A stretch of 63,358 nt of DNA, filler included, from Collodictyon triciliatum (taxonomy: Eukaryota), in the NCBI GenBank assembly GCA_043381765.1. It is 46 parts of 46 records of this genome, joined end to end, with 100 filler letters (N's around TTAATTAATTAA, not from the genome) between each part and the next. Parts side by side here need not be neighbours in the genome. Positions count along the whole stretch, not along the records: positions 1 to 1,285 come from JBHJMP010011551.1; positions 1,386 to 2,669 come from JBHJMP010011552.1; positions 2,770 to 4,053 come from JBHJMP010011553.1; positions 4,154 to 5,437 come from JBHJMP010011554.1; positions 5,538 to 6,824 come from JBHJMP010011555.1; positions 6,925 to 8,208 come from JBHJMP010011556.1; positions 8,309 to 9,591 come from JBHJMP010011557.1; positions 9,692 to 10,974 come from JBHJMP010011558.1; 38 more parts are not named here. The stretch is one strand, 5' to 3'. The position numbers and the translations under genes are program-made. The notes beneath the pieces were generated by a model. That model saw only the letters and a program-made list of their open reading frames with translations, had not been told where the DNA came from and did no database searches. Positions 1-12,106 of the stretch are shown here, in pieces (position 1 is the first letter of the stretch; the number at the start of each line of letters is the position of its first letter).

Positions 1-110
1 GAAAAAGAAAAAGAAAAAGAAAAAGAAAAAGAAAAAGAAAAAGAAAAAGAAAAAGAAAAAGAAAAAGAAAAAGAAAAAGAAAAAGAAAAAGAAAAAGAAA
101 AAGAAAAAGA
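1..110. repeat. (GAAAAA)n microsatellite; representative of simple repeats at most contig ends (TTA, TATG, CTTT, AAAC, GATAAA, ATAAC, TAC, GAAATA/GAGATA, CTCACT, etc.)
   Basis: Directly visible perfect tandem repeats; most contigs begin or end in one, which explains the assembly breaks. Confidence 0.98.
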
Positions 111-1190
111 TTTCACATGCACTTTTGATAGTATCATCTTGATATCCTCCAACAGAACTTGGTATGAGAGGCGAAGCACAAATTCTCGTAAAACAAATAT
201 ATACTCGACTTCCCGGCAGAGTCTGCGACTGAATGAATTAAATTAATATGAGCATATGTCAATTATAGCGACGAACTAGACCGAGAAAAAAAAACTCAAC
301 ATTCATAGTAGTATTCAGAAAACTATTCACAAGCCATCAAGGAAACGGAAAAAACAAAAAAAACAATTAAGCACAAGCAGGCCATCCAACCCACGCCGCA
401 GACTGTCTTTGACGTCTTGTTGCCGCCATGCCAGCCGCAATCCGCCGCGGTTGCTATTACCCCATCATTAAATCTAGGGCGATGGAGGTAAAAAAACAAA
501 GACAAACTAGAATCGCACTCCGCCCTTTTTAGCCACAGAAACACCACATGTCGACACGCCCTTAATGTATGTAGATTGATATCTGTCGATGCAAGATTAT
601 TGCCTGTTACGTCGAGGGTCGCCCTTTAATGTTCTCAAATGATGTTGTTGATCACGCTTTCTCCCTGTTCACTTTTATCGAGGTAAATCTGTGCGGAAAT
701 GGATCGAGAGCGAATCGAAGCCAAACCGGTGGGCATAATCAAATCTGAAAGGGACGGTGAGAAAACAAGCGAGAAGGAGGAGAAAGCGACGTGATCATTG
801 AGCAGGGTTCTGAAAAGTCACCGCGTCATTATGAGGCCTCATAGAAGGAATATATGTTTGCCCCTGAAGCTTTTCTGACTTCCAAAATACCACAGCTACG
901 GACACTAATATCTTTTTTTTTATTTCTTTCTTTCCCGCTGCTCCATTCCTTGTGCGACGACGGCAGAAGCTCGCAGCCTCAATGTCTGGAAAACCAAAGA
1001 CTGGTATGACTCCACCAATTCAGCCTTGTGATCCTCTCTCACTACTTTTTATTTATTTATTTAAACCTGTCTTAACTCCTTGTTTCGCCAACTCTTGCAG
1101 AAAGCGGAAGCGGCGGGTTTGGCCTCGTGAAGCTCTATCTGCTTGCGTACAACTTTACTCTGACTGCCGGCTGGTCCGTCACTCACCCTC

Positions 1191-1285
<95 letters not shown>

Positions 1286-1385
1286 NNNNNNNNNNNNNNN
1301 NNNNNNNNNNNNNNNNNNNNNNNNNNNNNTTAATTAATTAANNNNNNNNNNNNNNNNNNNNNNNNNNNNNNNNNNNNNNNNNNNN
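1286..1385. other. Artificial 100-nt contig linker (N44-TTAATTAATTAA-N44); first of 45 identical linkers separating 46 contigs
   Basis: The identical spacer recurs every ~1.38 kb and TTAATTAATTAA gives stops in all six frames. Contig lengths fall almost monotonically from 1285 to 1274 bp, as in a length-sorted bin pseudomolecule. Confidence 0.99.
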
Positions 1386-2669
1386 GTGCAAAGTTGACAT
1401 CCTTGATACTGATGTCTACTATCTTGTCGATCGATTTGTCGCCGTTGTTGACCGTGTATGTGAACGAGCTTGTTTGTGCTCCTGTCGATGTATAGATGCT
1501 AGACGGCTGGGGTGTGGCGTATCGTAGGTTGATATTTGCCGATGTTCCATTTGCAAGTACAGCTCCGGAGCTTAGGGATACATCGCTGTTGGGTAGATAC
1601 AGAGACCCTAAGGACGGTGCAGTCTTTAGTACAAGTGTCACACTGAGGTTATCTTTGTCCCCACCGCTCAAATTGATGATTGAAGAGTCTCGCTCATTCA
1701 CAACAATAGATGATGGACTGGCGCTAGCTGTGGGTGTGCGTGAGACGAACCGGATGCTGAGACCTACAATTGTCGTCGATGATTGAGCGTTCGCACTGTT
1801 TGTGTTGTCAAACGCTACAAAGCTGACACTGCCGTAGTTGTCTCCGTAGTCAGGTATCACCCCTTCGCTCTCAAGCGGTCCGGCATATGTGAAAGTCTCT
1901 GTAAATGATGTTGTCGTGTAGCTGAATACTTGACCGTCTACCACCTGAGCTCCTTTGTGAGTGATGGTGCCCTTCAGCGTCGATGGTACTATAGCTCGAA
2001 GCGAGATGGTGTCTATCAAGTCGACATCACTACCTCCGATAACAAAGCTTCCTTGGCCATACCGGTCGATGATGATCGACGATGAAGACGCACTGACAGT
2101 TGGTAAGTGGTTGATGTGGGCAACGTTGATAACGATGGACTGCTTTTCGGAAGAGGCTTTGCCATCAAACACACTGTATGTGAACGATGTGTATGGGATT
2201 CCGTAGGTAACCTTTGGCGGAACAAACTTGACAGTATTTCCTGTCAGCTTGTATCCGATTGTCACCAAAGTGTCTCCGTCGTAGAGATTTCCTCGACTGG
2301 GAACAGATGATATCTGGTACGATAGTGTGTCTGCAGGTATGTCCACATCGCTTCCGGTGAGTGCAATGGTGACCTCGCCATCTTCATTCATGTCTATAGT
2401 TTGAGAGTATCCGACTGGTGCGTGATTCACATCAAGAGTGGTCAGCGATACCGACAGGCTAGAAGATAATTTCCCGTCGCTGACTTCAAATGTATAGCTA
2501 TCGTTGAAGAATCGATACAGCGGTGGCGTAAATCGTACTTTCACACCTTCTCTTGGTAGACTATACACTTTGTTGGCTACAATCGCTTCACCGCTCGGTA
2601 GGAGCGTAAACTGTGACCCTATAGAGATAGACGATGGATTGCTGGTGAACCGGATTGTGAGACTGTCAG
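1386..2669 (-). CDS. Internal fragment of a large secreted/surface protein with tandem bacterial-type Ig/cadherin-like (Big_9/tandem-95-like) repeats
   Basis: The frame is open across the whole contig with no intron. It repeats motifs such as VNHAP..MNED..TIALTGSDVD..LSYQI...P..G.L..FVP...YG...SFTYSVFDG. Confidence 0.8.
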
Positions 2670-4153
2670 NNNNNNNNNNNNNNNNNNNNNNNNNNNNNNN
2701 NNNNNNNNNNNNNTTAATTAATTAANNNNNNNNNNNNNNNNNNNNNNNNNNNNNNNNNNNNNNNNNNNNCCTGTCGCATCAGGTGCCAAGGTAAAATCTC
2801 CACAAAAACAAAATAAACATGAGGAAAATAACAAAAAAAAAAAAATTAGTACCTAACGCACTTTAATTACTGGTATGATGGAGCTCTTCCAAGCCTTTTC
2901 TAATAATATGCTTTTTATGAGGTGTATAGAAAATCATTCGGTGCTCGATTTTCTGAAAGATATCGTATTTTTCTTTTTAGGGTAAAGTGGTAGACATACT
3001 TCGCAATATGAGGTCCATGCGGTTGTTCATAGCTGGTTGGAATGTTTTTGTAATGTTTCTTATGATAACGTAAGTACGATGCGCTCCCTTCAGTTTTCCT
3101 TCTTTGTTTTACATCACACATGTAGACGCCATATTCCAGTTATATGAAATCACCATGAGATACAATATTTTGACTAGTATTCTGAGATTGGCATGGTATT
3201 AACTACAAATACAACACCAGGTTCTTCGGGTCTTGAGTTTTAACCGAACAAGCGACGGAGGAAACGCTGATATGCATTTTCTTTTTTTCTTTCTTATCTC
3301 CTTTTTCCGATTTTTCCCTTTCCGTATCTAAATACCCTGCAAACTACATCACGAGCTGACCCGAAAATAAAACCAACCAAGCCATACATGTACACGCTTT
3401 GTTCTACAGAAACGACTTAATCCTCATAAAAGAGATTGGGAGTAATGCAACCAAGAGTCCAGCATGGGACAGAGCTTCACCGCGGCAAAAAGTGTCTATG
3501 ATCGTTTATTCGTTTGAAGGCGGCATGGACATGCTCCCGAACTTGGCATCGGGCCAGTCGGCAGGATATATTCTTTGTTTTTCGTCTCTGGAATACCATG
3601 AGCCAGAAAGACTAATCTGGATCTGCAAATAATCATATACAAAATATTATTGTTGATCGTAGGACTGACTGATTGACATGCTTTTTTTTTCATTCTTCTT
3701 TGATATTGGTATATTCTTAGTATGAAGCATGTATCGATACCATTTTTCATCTGCTTTTTTTTTCTTGCCACTTCATTTCCTTTCCTTTTGGCGACGATGT
3801 CCACCCTCGATTTCTGCATTCGGTTAATTCTTAATCCGTTCACGCAACGATTCATTCGCGCGTTGCATTGCGTGTTTGGTTTCCCTGCGCGTGCGACGCG
3901 TTCTAAAAACGGCCTGCATCAATCCAATGGCGAAAATCATACGCCAGTCACCAAAAAGTGCCTTGGACAATGGACAAAAAACAAAAGACAAAAAACAAAA
4001 AAAACAAAAAAACAAAAAAACAAAAAAACAAAAAAACAAAAAAACAAAAAAACNNNNNNNNNNNNNNNNNNNNNNNNNNNNNNNNNNNNNNNNNNNNTTA
4101 ATTAATTAANNNNNNNNNNNNNNNNNNNNNNNNNNNNNNNNNNNNNNNNNNNN

Positions 4154-4251
<98 letters not shown>

Positions 4252-4547
4252 TCAAAAATTGTAAAAAAACACATAAAATGCAAAAATACAAGAAAGCAGT
4301 AGAAAAAGGAAAACAAAAAATAGAGTTGGAGCAAGTAAGGTTGATGATTTTATTTGTGCATTTGTCCTTTCCCAACGCGCCCTCTCTTTCGTCTAATCTC
4401 GTCTCTGGTCACCGAATAAATAAATAAATAAATAATAAATAAATAAACAAATAGATCGATAAATAGATGGATAAATTCGATTCATATTTTAACAATAGCA
4501 CCGTAGTTGTGTTAAAGAAAAAAAGACAGGGAGAGAATCGGGTTACC

Positions 4548-4916
4548 TTTTTCTTTGGCCTGGCCTCCTCCTCTTCCTCCTCATCGTCTTCAATCTCATC
4601 CTCATCTTCGCCTACGCCAGCATCACCATCGTCGTCATCACTGTCACCGCCAGCACTGCCGCTCGAGTTCTCGGAACCGCTGGATAGGATTATAGACAGA
4701 AAAAATAATATTCAATGAGTTTCAGCAATACATCAATTATCATGGTGGTGCTGGTCACTGTCTGCCGTCTAAGAGATCTTTTCATTCACTTTTGCTATCA
4801 CTATCCAAAGCTGCTTGCTCTCAGATTCGACAAATGTGACGAAGAGGTAAGTTAAAAGGAGACAAACCTATCATTTCCATCAGGATTGAAATCATCATCA
4901 TCGGATTCTAAAAGGA

Positions 4917-5001
<85 letters not shown>

Positions 5002-5220
5002 TCATACACACTCTTGTGATGACTCTTTATGAACTGTTATTTCCCCACACCAATATATATGGGAACGTCTATTCGTTCTTGCTTCTTTTTTTTCATGGTA
5101 ACACTAACTCATTCTGTTTCTTAAATTTTGCAAAGGAAAAGTTCTATACCATCTGCGCCCACAAAGTCATCAATCGAGCGTCCTTTGGCCGACTCCTTGG
5201 TTCGTGTTGAAAATGCGTCC
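4548..5220 (-). CDS. Three spliced exons of an acidic protein region, possibly the FACT subunit SSRP1/Pob3 acidic tail
   Basis: GT-AG exons ~5148-5220, ~4868-4907 and ~4548-4680 join in frame: DAFSTRTKESAKGRSIDDFVGADESDDDDFNPDGNDSGSENSS...EEEEEEARPKK. The resemblance to SSRP1 is by eye only. Confidence 0.45.
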
Positions 5221-5537
5221 TAGAATATTATAATTGTTTTATTTTAAAAAGGGGTTGAGAAACTTTGAAGTTTTTTTTTATTTTATTATTTTTCTTATAG
5301 AAGAATATGGCACAATCAAGAACGATATTTTGCTAACTTTCGGGTTGAATGGAGAACCAGAAACTAAAAAAAAGATAAAAGATAAAAGATAAAAGATAAA
5401 AGATAAAAGATAAAAGATAAAAGATAAAAGATAAAAGNNNNNNNNNNNNNNNNNNNNNNNNNNNNNNNNNNNNNNNNNNNNTTAATTAATTAANNNNNNN
5501 NNNNNNNNNNNNNNNNNNNNNNNNNNNNNNNNNNNNN

Positions 5538-6486
5538 CATAATCCAGTATCATAATCCAGTATCATAATCCCGTGGCATAATCCTGCAGTATAATCCTGT
5601 GCATAATCCCGTGTTGGCATAATCCAGTATCATAATCCCATATCATAATCCCATATCATAATCCCATATCATAATCCCGTATCATATCTCGTGGCATAAT
5701 CCCGTAGCAAAATCCTGTGTCATAATCCAGTATCATAATCCCGTAGTATCATAATCCCGTGTCATAATCCCGTATCATAATCCCGTGTATAATCCCGTGG
5801 TGGCATAATCCAGTATCATAATCCCGTGGCATAATCCAGTATCATAATCTCGTGGATAATCCCGTGGCTATAATCCAGTATCATAATCCCGCGACATAAT
5901 CCTGTATCTTAATCCCGTGGCATAATCCCGTGGCATAATCCCGTGGCATAATCCTGTGCATAATCCCGTGTCATAATCCCATACCATAATTCCAGTATCA
6001 TAATCTCGTGGATAATCCCGTGGCATAATCCCGTATCATAATCCTGTGTCATAATCCCATATCATAATCCAGTATCATAATCTCGTGGATAATCCCGTGG
6101 CTATAATCCAGTATCATAATCCCGTGTCATAATCCCATACCATAATTCCGTGGCATAATCCAGTATCATAATCCCGTGGCATAATCCAGTATCATAATCC
6201 AGTATCATATTCCCGCGTCATAATCCCGCGTCATAATCCTGTGCATAATCCCGTGGCATTATCCCGTGTCATAATCCCGTGGCATAATCCTGTGCATAAT
6301 CCCGTGACATATCTCGTGTCATAATACCGTGGCATTATCCAGTATCATAATCCCGTGGCATAATCCACTGGCATAATCCCGTGGCATAATCCCGTGACAT
6401 ATCTCGTGTCATAATACCGTGGCATTATCCAGTACCATAATCCCGTGGCATATCCCGTGTCATAATCCCGTAGTATACTCCCGTAG
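5538..6486. repeat. Degenerate 12-13 bp satellite, consensus CATAATCC(C/A)GT(GG/AT/GT), about 70 units with higher-order blocks
   Basis: Direct reading. The array starts at the contig end and decays into unique sequence near 6486. Confidence 0.95.
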
Positions 6487-8308
6487 CATGTCTCATCAGG
6501 AGCTGTTACATGAATACATTTATAAAAAAAAAAGTTCAGTACATCTTAAACTCCATTTCTTTTCTTTTTTTTTTGATTTTTTCACCTTTCACTTTTCTAT
6601 TTCGTTATTTTCTCCTTTTGATTTTCTATTTTCTCTTTTTGATTTCCCTTTCTTCACGCAACTCATTTTGCCTCTTGAGTTTTGCAAGAGCCCTTTTTCT
6701 CTCCCTAGCTTCTTTCTCCGTTTATCGTACTCCTCATTTAACGGCCTCTTTTTTTTTCTACATATTTTTATTTAATTTATTAATTAATTTTGGGAATCAG
6801 CAGCGTCGTCACTCATTCTACTTCNNNNNNNNNNNNNNNNNNNNNNNNNNNNNNNNNNNNNNNNNNNNTTAATTAATTAANNNNNNNNNNNNNNNNNNNN
6901 NNNNNNNNNNNNNNNNNNNNNNNNTTGCTTTTTATTGCTTTTTATTGCTTTTTATTGCTTTTTATTGCTTTTTATTGCTTTTTATTGCTTTTTATTGCTT
7001 TTTATTGCTTTTTATTGCTTTTTGTTGCTTTTTATTGCTTTTTGTTGCTTTTTATTGCTTTTTTTGTTTTTTATTGTTTTTTATTTTCTCTTTGTTTTCT
7101 GATCGTGTTTGAAGTTTTTTGTGTGCTTTGCCTGCGGAAATATCCAGAAATGGAATAAATTCGCTAGTATAGGTTTGATAGTCGCTGTTAGTATCTTTGA
7201 ATTATGAAATGCGCTGGTGCATAGAAACCCGGAAAAAGAAGCAGCACAGGGTCAGGTATTGAAAGCAGGGCTTCATAAAACCTCTGAAAATAAGCTTTAA
7301 CAAATTTCATTCATTCTATCAGTAAAACGAAATTAAGAATCCTCGGCAGATTTTCCGTCTAAGTCTTCAAGAATTTTGTGTGCCTTTTAATGAACTGTGA
7401 AGCATTTAATCGTTCGGCGCTATGTCAGTGCATATCTATTGAAAACTTGAATCCTTTTTTAAAATGCATTTCAATCGTATATAATTGTATGTTCACAGTT
7501 TTACGGCCTGCTGGGTGAGTCATCTTTCCCCGAGCCGCGGTGTTCGTCCGGTTGTTCTGGCTGTGTTGTCGGTTTTGCAGCTTCTCGTGCTCTGCCCTAA
7601 GAAAGGCTGGTGCGCCGCTTAATGGGGTGAATGTTCTGGAAATACGTCAGAAATTACCTTATATGATATGACACATTTGTAATCTCATTAGCGCCCATCC
7701 CTAGCGAAGTAACGCCCGACATCGGTGTTATTGTTTTGGCAGGTGTGGGATTGAATAAAATACCCATTTGCGTTCTCACACTTGGGATTATGTGCGTTCA
7801 CCAACAAAACGATGGGGCGTATGATAGCAGTTCTCTTTTCTTTTTCTTTTTCTTTTTCTTTTTCTCTTGCCTTTTTCTCTTCTTTTATTTTTCTTTTATT
7901 TTTCTTTTTTGAAGTCTTTTCTTTCTTTTCTTTTCTCTTTTCTCTTTTCTTTTTCTTTTTCTTTTTCTTTTTCTTTTTCTTTTTCTTTTCTCTTTTTCTT
8001 TTCTCTTTTTCTTTTCTCTTTTTCTTTTCTCTTTTTCTTTTCCCTTTTTCTTTTCTCTTTTCTTTTCTCTTTTTCTTTTCTCTTTTTCTTTTCTCTTTTT
8101 CTTTTCTTTTTCTTTTATTCTTTTATTCTTTTATTCTTTTATTCTTTTATTCTTTTATTCTTTTATTCTTTTATTCTTTTATTCTTTTATTCTTTTATTC
8201 TTTTATTCNNNNNNNNNNNNNNNNNNNNNNNNNNNNNNNNNNNNNNNNNNNNTTAATTAATTAANNNNNNNNNNNNNNNNNNNNNNNNNNNNNNNNNNNN
8301 NNNNNNNN

Positions 8309-8403
<95 letters not shown>

Positions 8404-8407
8404 TCAG

Positions 8408-9408
8408 CGACTGCAGAGGAGAAAAAACGCCTATTCTCTCATAAAGAAAGAGACGAATGCTGGGCCAGAGTAATTCTCGTTCATATTTACAATATTATTT
8501 ATCATTATTATTATTACTATTATTTCTCTTATTCTATTTCCTATTTTTCTCCTTTTTTTTTCGTGTGTGTATGTGTGTGTGTCTTTACTTCATCTTATAA
8601 CGTTGCATGCCAAGCAATTTGCTTAGTGATTGGAAAATCTCATTATATACCTCAAACAGGCCGAAGCTGTCCCTGGGAGAGACCCTGATCGATGGAGATA
8701 CGATGCTGTTGGCAATCTTGTGTCCAAAAAGCTTGTTAGTTGCTCCGGTCCTCTGTGCCACACCTACGACCACGTTGTTCCATATTCCAAGGGTAATGTC
8801 ACGTCTAGTTCAGTTGCCTAGTTGCCTCAAAATAATTTAGCTCCGTTGATGAAAATATTGTGAACCATGATACATTTTTGCATTTATTACATTTATTATC
8901 ATGGTTGAGATTACAGTCAAATGAAGGCTATGTTTTGTATTGCTACGCTTTTCTTTTTCTTCTTATTTTTTCCCGTTTTGTCTCTATACAAACGGACAAA
9001 GTTTTTTTTTTTATTCTTCCTTTCAATTTTGTGCAGTCAAACGGACAAAGTTATAATTATATCTCCTTCTGACCCAATAATTGGAGACAATAGTTTGAAA
9101 CTAACTTACTATTCAATCAAGGTGGTAAGACAGTTGCATATAACTGCCAAATCCTCCAAACAATTGTTAACCAACGAAAAGGAAACAAAGAAGATATAAC
9201 ATTTGAACAATTAAAATCCTTTAGTCATCGTACTTCACTTTCAGGTAGTATCAAATCTCATTAATCTATACACCCAATAAATCGTTAAACCTGATATTCC
9301 ACCTGGCAGACTCTAACTTATTGACCCTAATCATCACGTTTTTCTACAGACCCCGATCTCGACCTTATCGAAAAGTCAATTTACGGTAATGTGAACCGCT
9401 CAAATTGA
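8408..9408 (+). CDS. HNH endonuclease-domain protein, plant-type family (4 exons, 5' partial)
   Basis: Exons 8408-8469, 8660-8792, 9122-9244 and 9350-9408 splice in frame: RLFSHKERDECWARAEAVPGRDPDRWRYDAVGNLVSKKLVSCSGPLCHTYDHVVPYSKGGKTVAYNCQILQTIVNQRKGNK...DLDLIEKSIYGNVNRSN*. The DHxxPxSKGG...NCQxLxxxxNxxKG HNH motif is present. Confidence 0.9.
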
Positions 9409-10554
9409 TACATCCCACTTCCGGAGGAATTGTCGTTGACTCCAAGAAAATATATAAAAAAATATGTTTGAAAAGGAGGATTTATGTATGTATGTATGTA
9501 TGTATGTATGTATGTATGTATGTATGTATGTATGTATGTATGTATGTATGTATGTATGTATGTATGTATGTATGTATGTATGTATGTATGTNNNNNNNNN
9601 NNNNNNNNNNNNNNNNNNNNNNNNNNNNNNNNNNNTTAATTAATTAANNNNNNNNNNNNNNNNNNNNNNNNNNNNNNNNNNNNNNNNNNNNTTCTCTTTT
9701 TCTTTTTTTCTCTTTTTCTTTTTTTCTCTTTTTCTTTTCTTTTTTCTTTTCTTTTTCTTTTCTTTTTTCTTTTCTTTTTTCTTTTCTTTTTTCTTTTCTT
9801 TTTTCTTTTTTCTTTTTTCCTTTTTTTTTCTTTTCTTTTCTTTTTAAAAGCAGCAAAGCGTCACTCCTTCGTTATCTCATTATCAGTATGTTTAACGTCA
9901 AAGAGCGATTATCTAAACCGGAGGAGTCATTCCAAACACACACATACACACATCACATGTCAGCTGTGCTTGAGCTATCGCGTTGGTCTTCACACATTTT
10001 TTCTTAGCATAGAAATGAATCTTTATTTCGTTGCTGCCACTTGAAACATCGTGATTTGATGCAGCTTACATATGAATCATACAAAACTCATGACATTCTC
10101 GTATTCGATGATATCGAAACACAGGCATACAAAAGCCTCCTTATGATGCAAATATGTACTTCCTTCGTAATAAAAAAAGGCAGTACATCAAGCAATGTCC
10201 ATGACTGCAGAAGCACACAATTTAAATTCACAACAAATGAACGGCAACAAATGCGACAATATTTCCTCACGCAACATGCCTATCACCACAACGATGCCGC
10301 ATCGCAACAAGATTGAACCAGGACTGGGTAAAGCTGTGTGTGCGGCTGCTTATTGTGTAATGCCATATGAGAAATGAAAATAATAAACATGCAAAGTGAA
10401 CAAAAATATTATCTGAACTCGGAAAGATTCCATTTATTGGTAACGCTACTTGTTTGTAATGATCTATATATCAGCAGACTTCTTGGCTATGAAATGAAAC
10501 GCTTTGCGACGGACCTGCACCCTAGATTGTCTGTTTGCCATTTTCATAAATTAT

Positions 10555-10825
10555 TTTATTTTCCATTTGTTCAAACTGGTGTTAGAAACTCTGGCTTTGG
10601 CTTTCTAAACTTTGTTTATATGGACGCTCATTGACACCCAATTGGTGGAGTTGTAGTTGGTAGTCAGGAATTGCATCTCGCGATTTGGCTTTTGGGCCGT
10701 ATCTTGTGCCTGCATGAGAAGTACAGTGAGGTTTCGTTTTTTCTTTCTCAGCCTATTTCCACATGTCTCTTCTCACAGGGTCTGAGTAACGAAGAAGTCA
10801 AGAAACTAGACAAGCTGTTGAGGTA
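10555..10825 (-). mobile_element. Decayed 3' end of a non-LTR retrotransposon ORF2 (subfamily B)
   Basis: Clear DNA similarity to 32820-33060. It encodes YLNSL...LRYSDPVRRDMWK, matching FLNSLLKHAPILRYSDRKRREVWE of the zf-RVT LINE at 52460-53151. Confidence 0.65.
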
Positions 10826-11111
10826 AGGCAAAAAATAGACAACTCTATGAACCAATTAGTGATAATAAATGAATTATGTATGTATGTATGTATGTATGTA
10901 TGTATGTATGTATGTATGTATGTATGTATGTATGTATGTATGTATGTATGTATGTATGTATGTATGTATGTATGNNNNNNNNNNNNNNNNNNNNNNNNNN
11001 NNNNNNNNNNNNNNNNNNTTAATTAATTAANNNNNNNNNNNNNNNNNNNNNNNNNNNNNNNNNNNNNNNNNNNNGTTTATGTTTATCTTTCATTAACTTA
11101 TTATCTAACAG

Positions 11112-12106
11112 GAATGACAAAGCTCTGGAGTACTACCACAAATCATTGGAAATCCGAGTGAAAGTGTTTGGAGAAATCCACCCTAATGTTGCCGCTTCAT
11201 ATGGGAATATTGGAAACGTTTACTATAAACTCGGAAAGTATATTTTATTAATTACATATTTTTTATGTTTATTCTTTCAGTAACTTATTATTTAATAGAC
11301 ATGACAAAGCTCTTGAGTACTACCAGAAATCACTTGAAATTCCACTGAAAGTGTTTGGAGAAGTCCACCCTGATGTTGCCGCTTCATATAATAATATTGG
11401 GAACGTTTACAGTGACCTTGGAAAGTATCTTTTATTTGATTATATTTATGCTTATCCTTTCATTAACTTATTATTTAATAGGAATGACAAAGCACTGGAG
11501 TACTACCACAAATCACTTGAAATACTAAGGAAAGTGTTTGGAGAAATACACCCTGGTGTTGCCGAGTCATATAATAATATTGGAGTGGTTTACTATAACC
11601 TTGGAAAGTATGATTTATTTGATTATGTGTTTATGTTTATCTTTCATTAACTTATTATCTAACAGGAATGACAAAGCTCTGGAGTACTACCACAAATCAT
11701 TGGAAATCCGACTGAAGGTGTTTGGAGAAGTCCACCCTGATGTTGCCGCTTCATATAATAATATTGGAAGCGTTTACTATAACCTCGGAAAGTATATTTT
11801 ATTCGATTACGTATATATGTTTATCCTTTCATTAACTGATCGTTTAATAGGTATGACGAAGCACTGGAATACCATCAAAAATCACTTGAGATTAAGCTGA
11901 ATGTATATGGAGAAGTCCACCCTAGTGTTGCGATGTCATATGGGAATATTGGTGGCCTACTCATGAACCAGGAGAAATACCAAGAGGCTTTCGAGATGTA
12001 TCAAAAAGCCAACACGATATTCAAGACTGTCTATGGCGCAGACCATCCCCATACGAAGCTTTCAGAGGAGCTAATGATGGATGCACAGAAGATGCTGACC
12101 CAATAA
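11112..12106 (+). CDS. Tetratricopeptide-repeat protein (42-aa kinesin-light-chain/NPHP3-type TPRs), 3' part; one repeat per exon
   Basis: Exons 11112-11237, 11299-11424, 11482-11607 and 11666-11791 are each exactly 126 bp, followed by terminal exon 11851-12106 (TAA). Repeat consensus: DKALEYYHKSLEIRxKVFGExHPxVAxSYNNIGxVYxxLGK. Confidence 0.93.

Noticed and set aside
1330-1341. Regularly spaced identical TTAATTAATTAA repeats separating unique ~1.28 kb segments (array- or nanochromosome-like)
   Set aside because: Always embedded in exactly 44+44 Ns; an artificial six-frame-stop linker between length-sorted contigs.
2854-3260. Possible decayed integrase/transposase (EYGV..., FLYTS..I.LEKAW)
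   Set aside because: Several stops and no clear DDE motif; similarity too weak to call without a profile search.
7784-7792. GGGATTATG match to the 13-mer satellite (telomerase-template idea)
   Set aside because: A 9-nt match is expected by chance in this much sequence.
6925-8264. Many poly-F/L/Y/K/I ORFs in the six-frame track (here and throughout)
   Set aside because: Translations of microsatellites running into N linkers; not genes.
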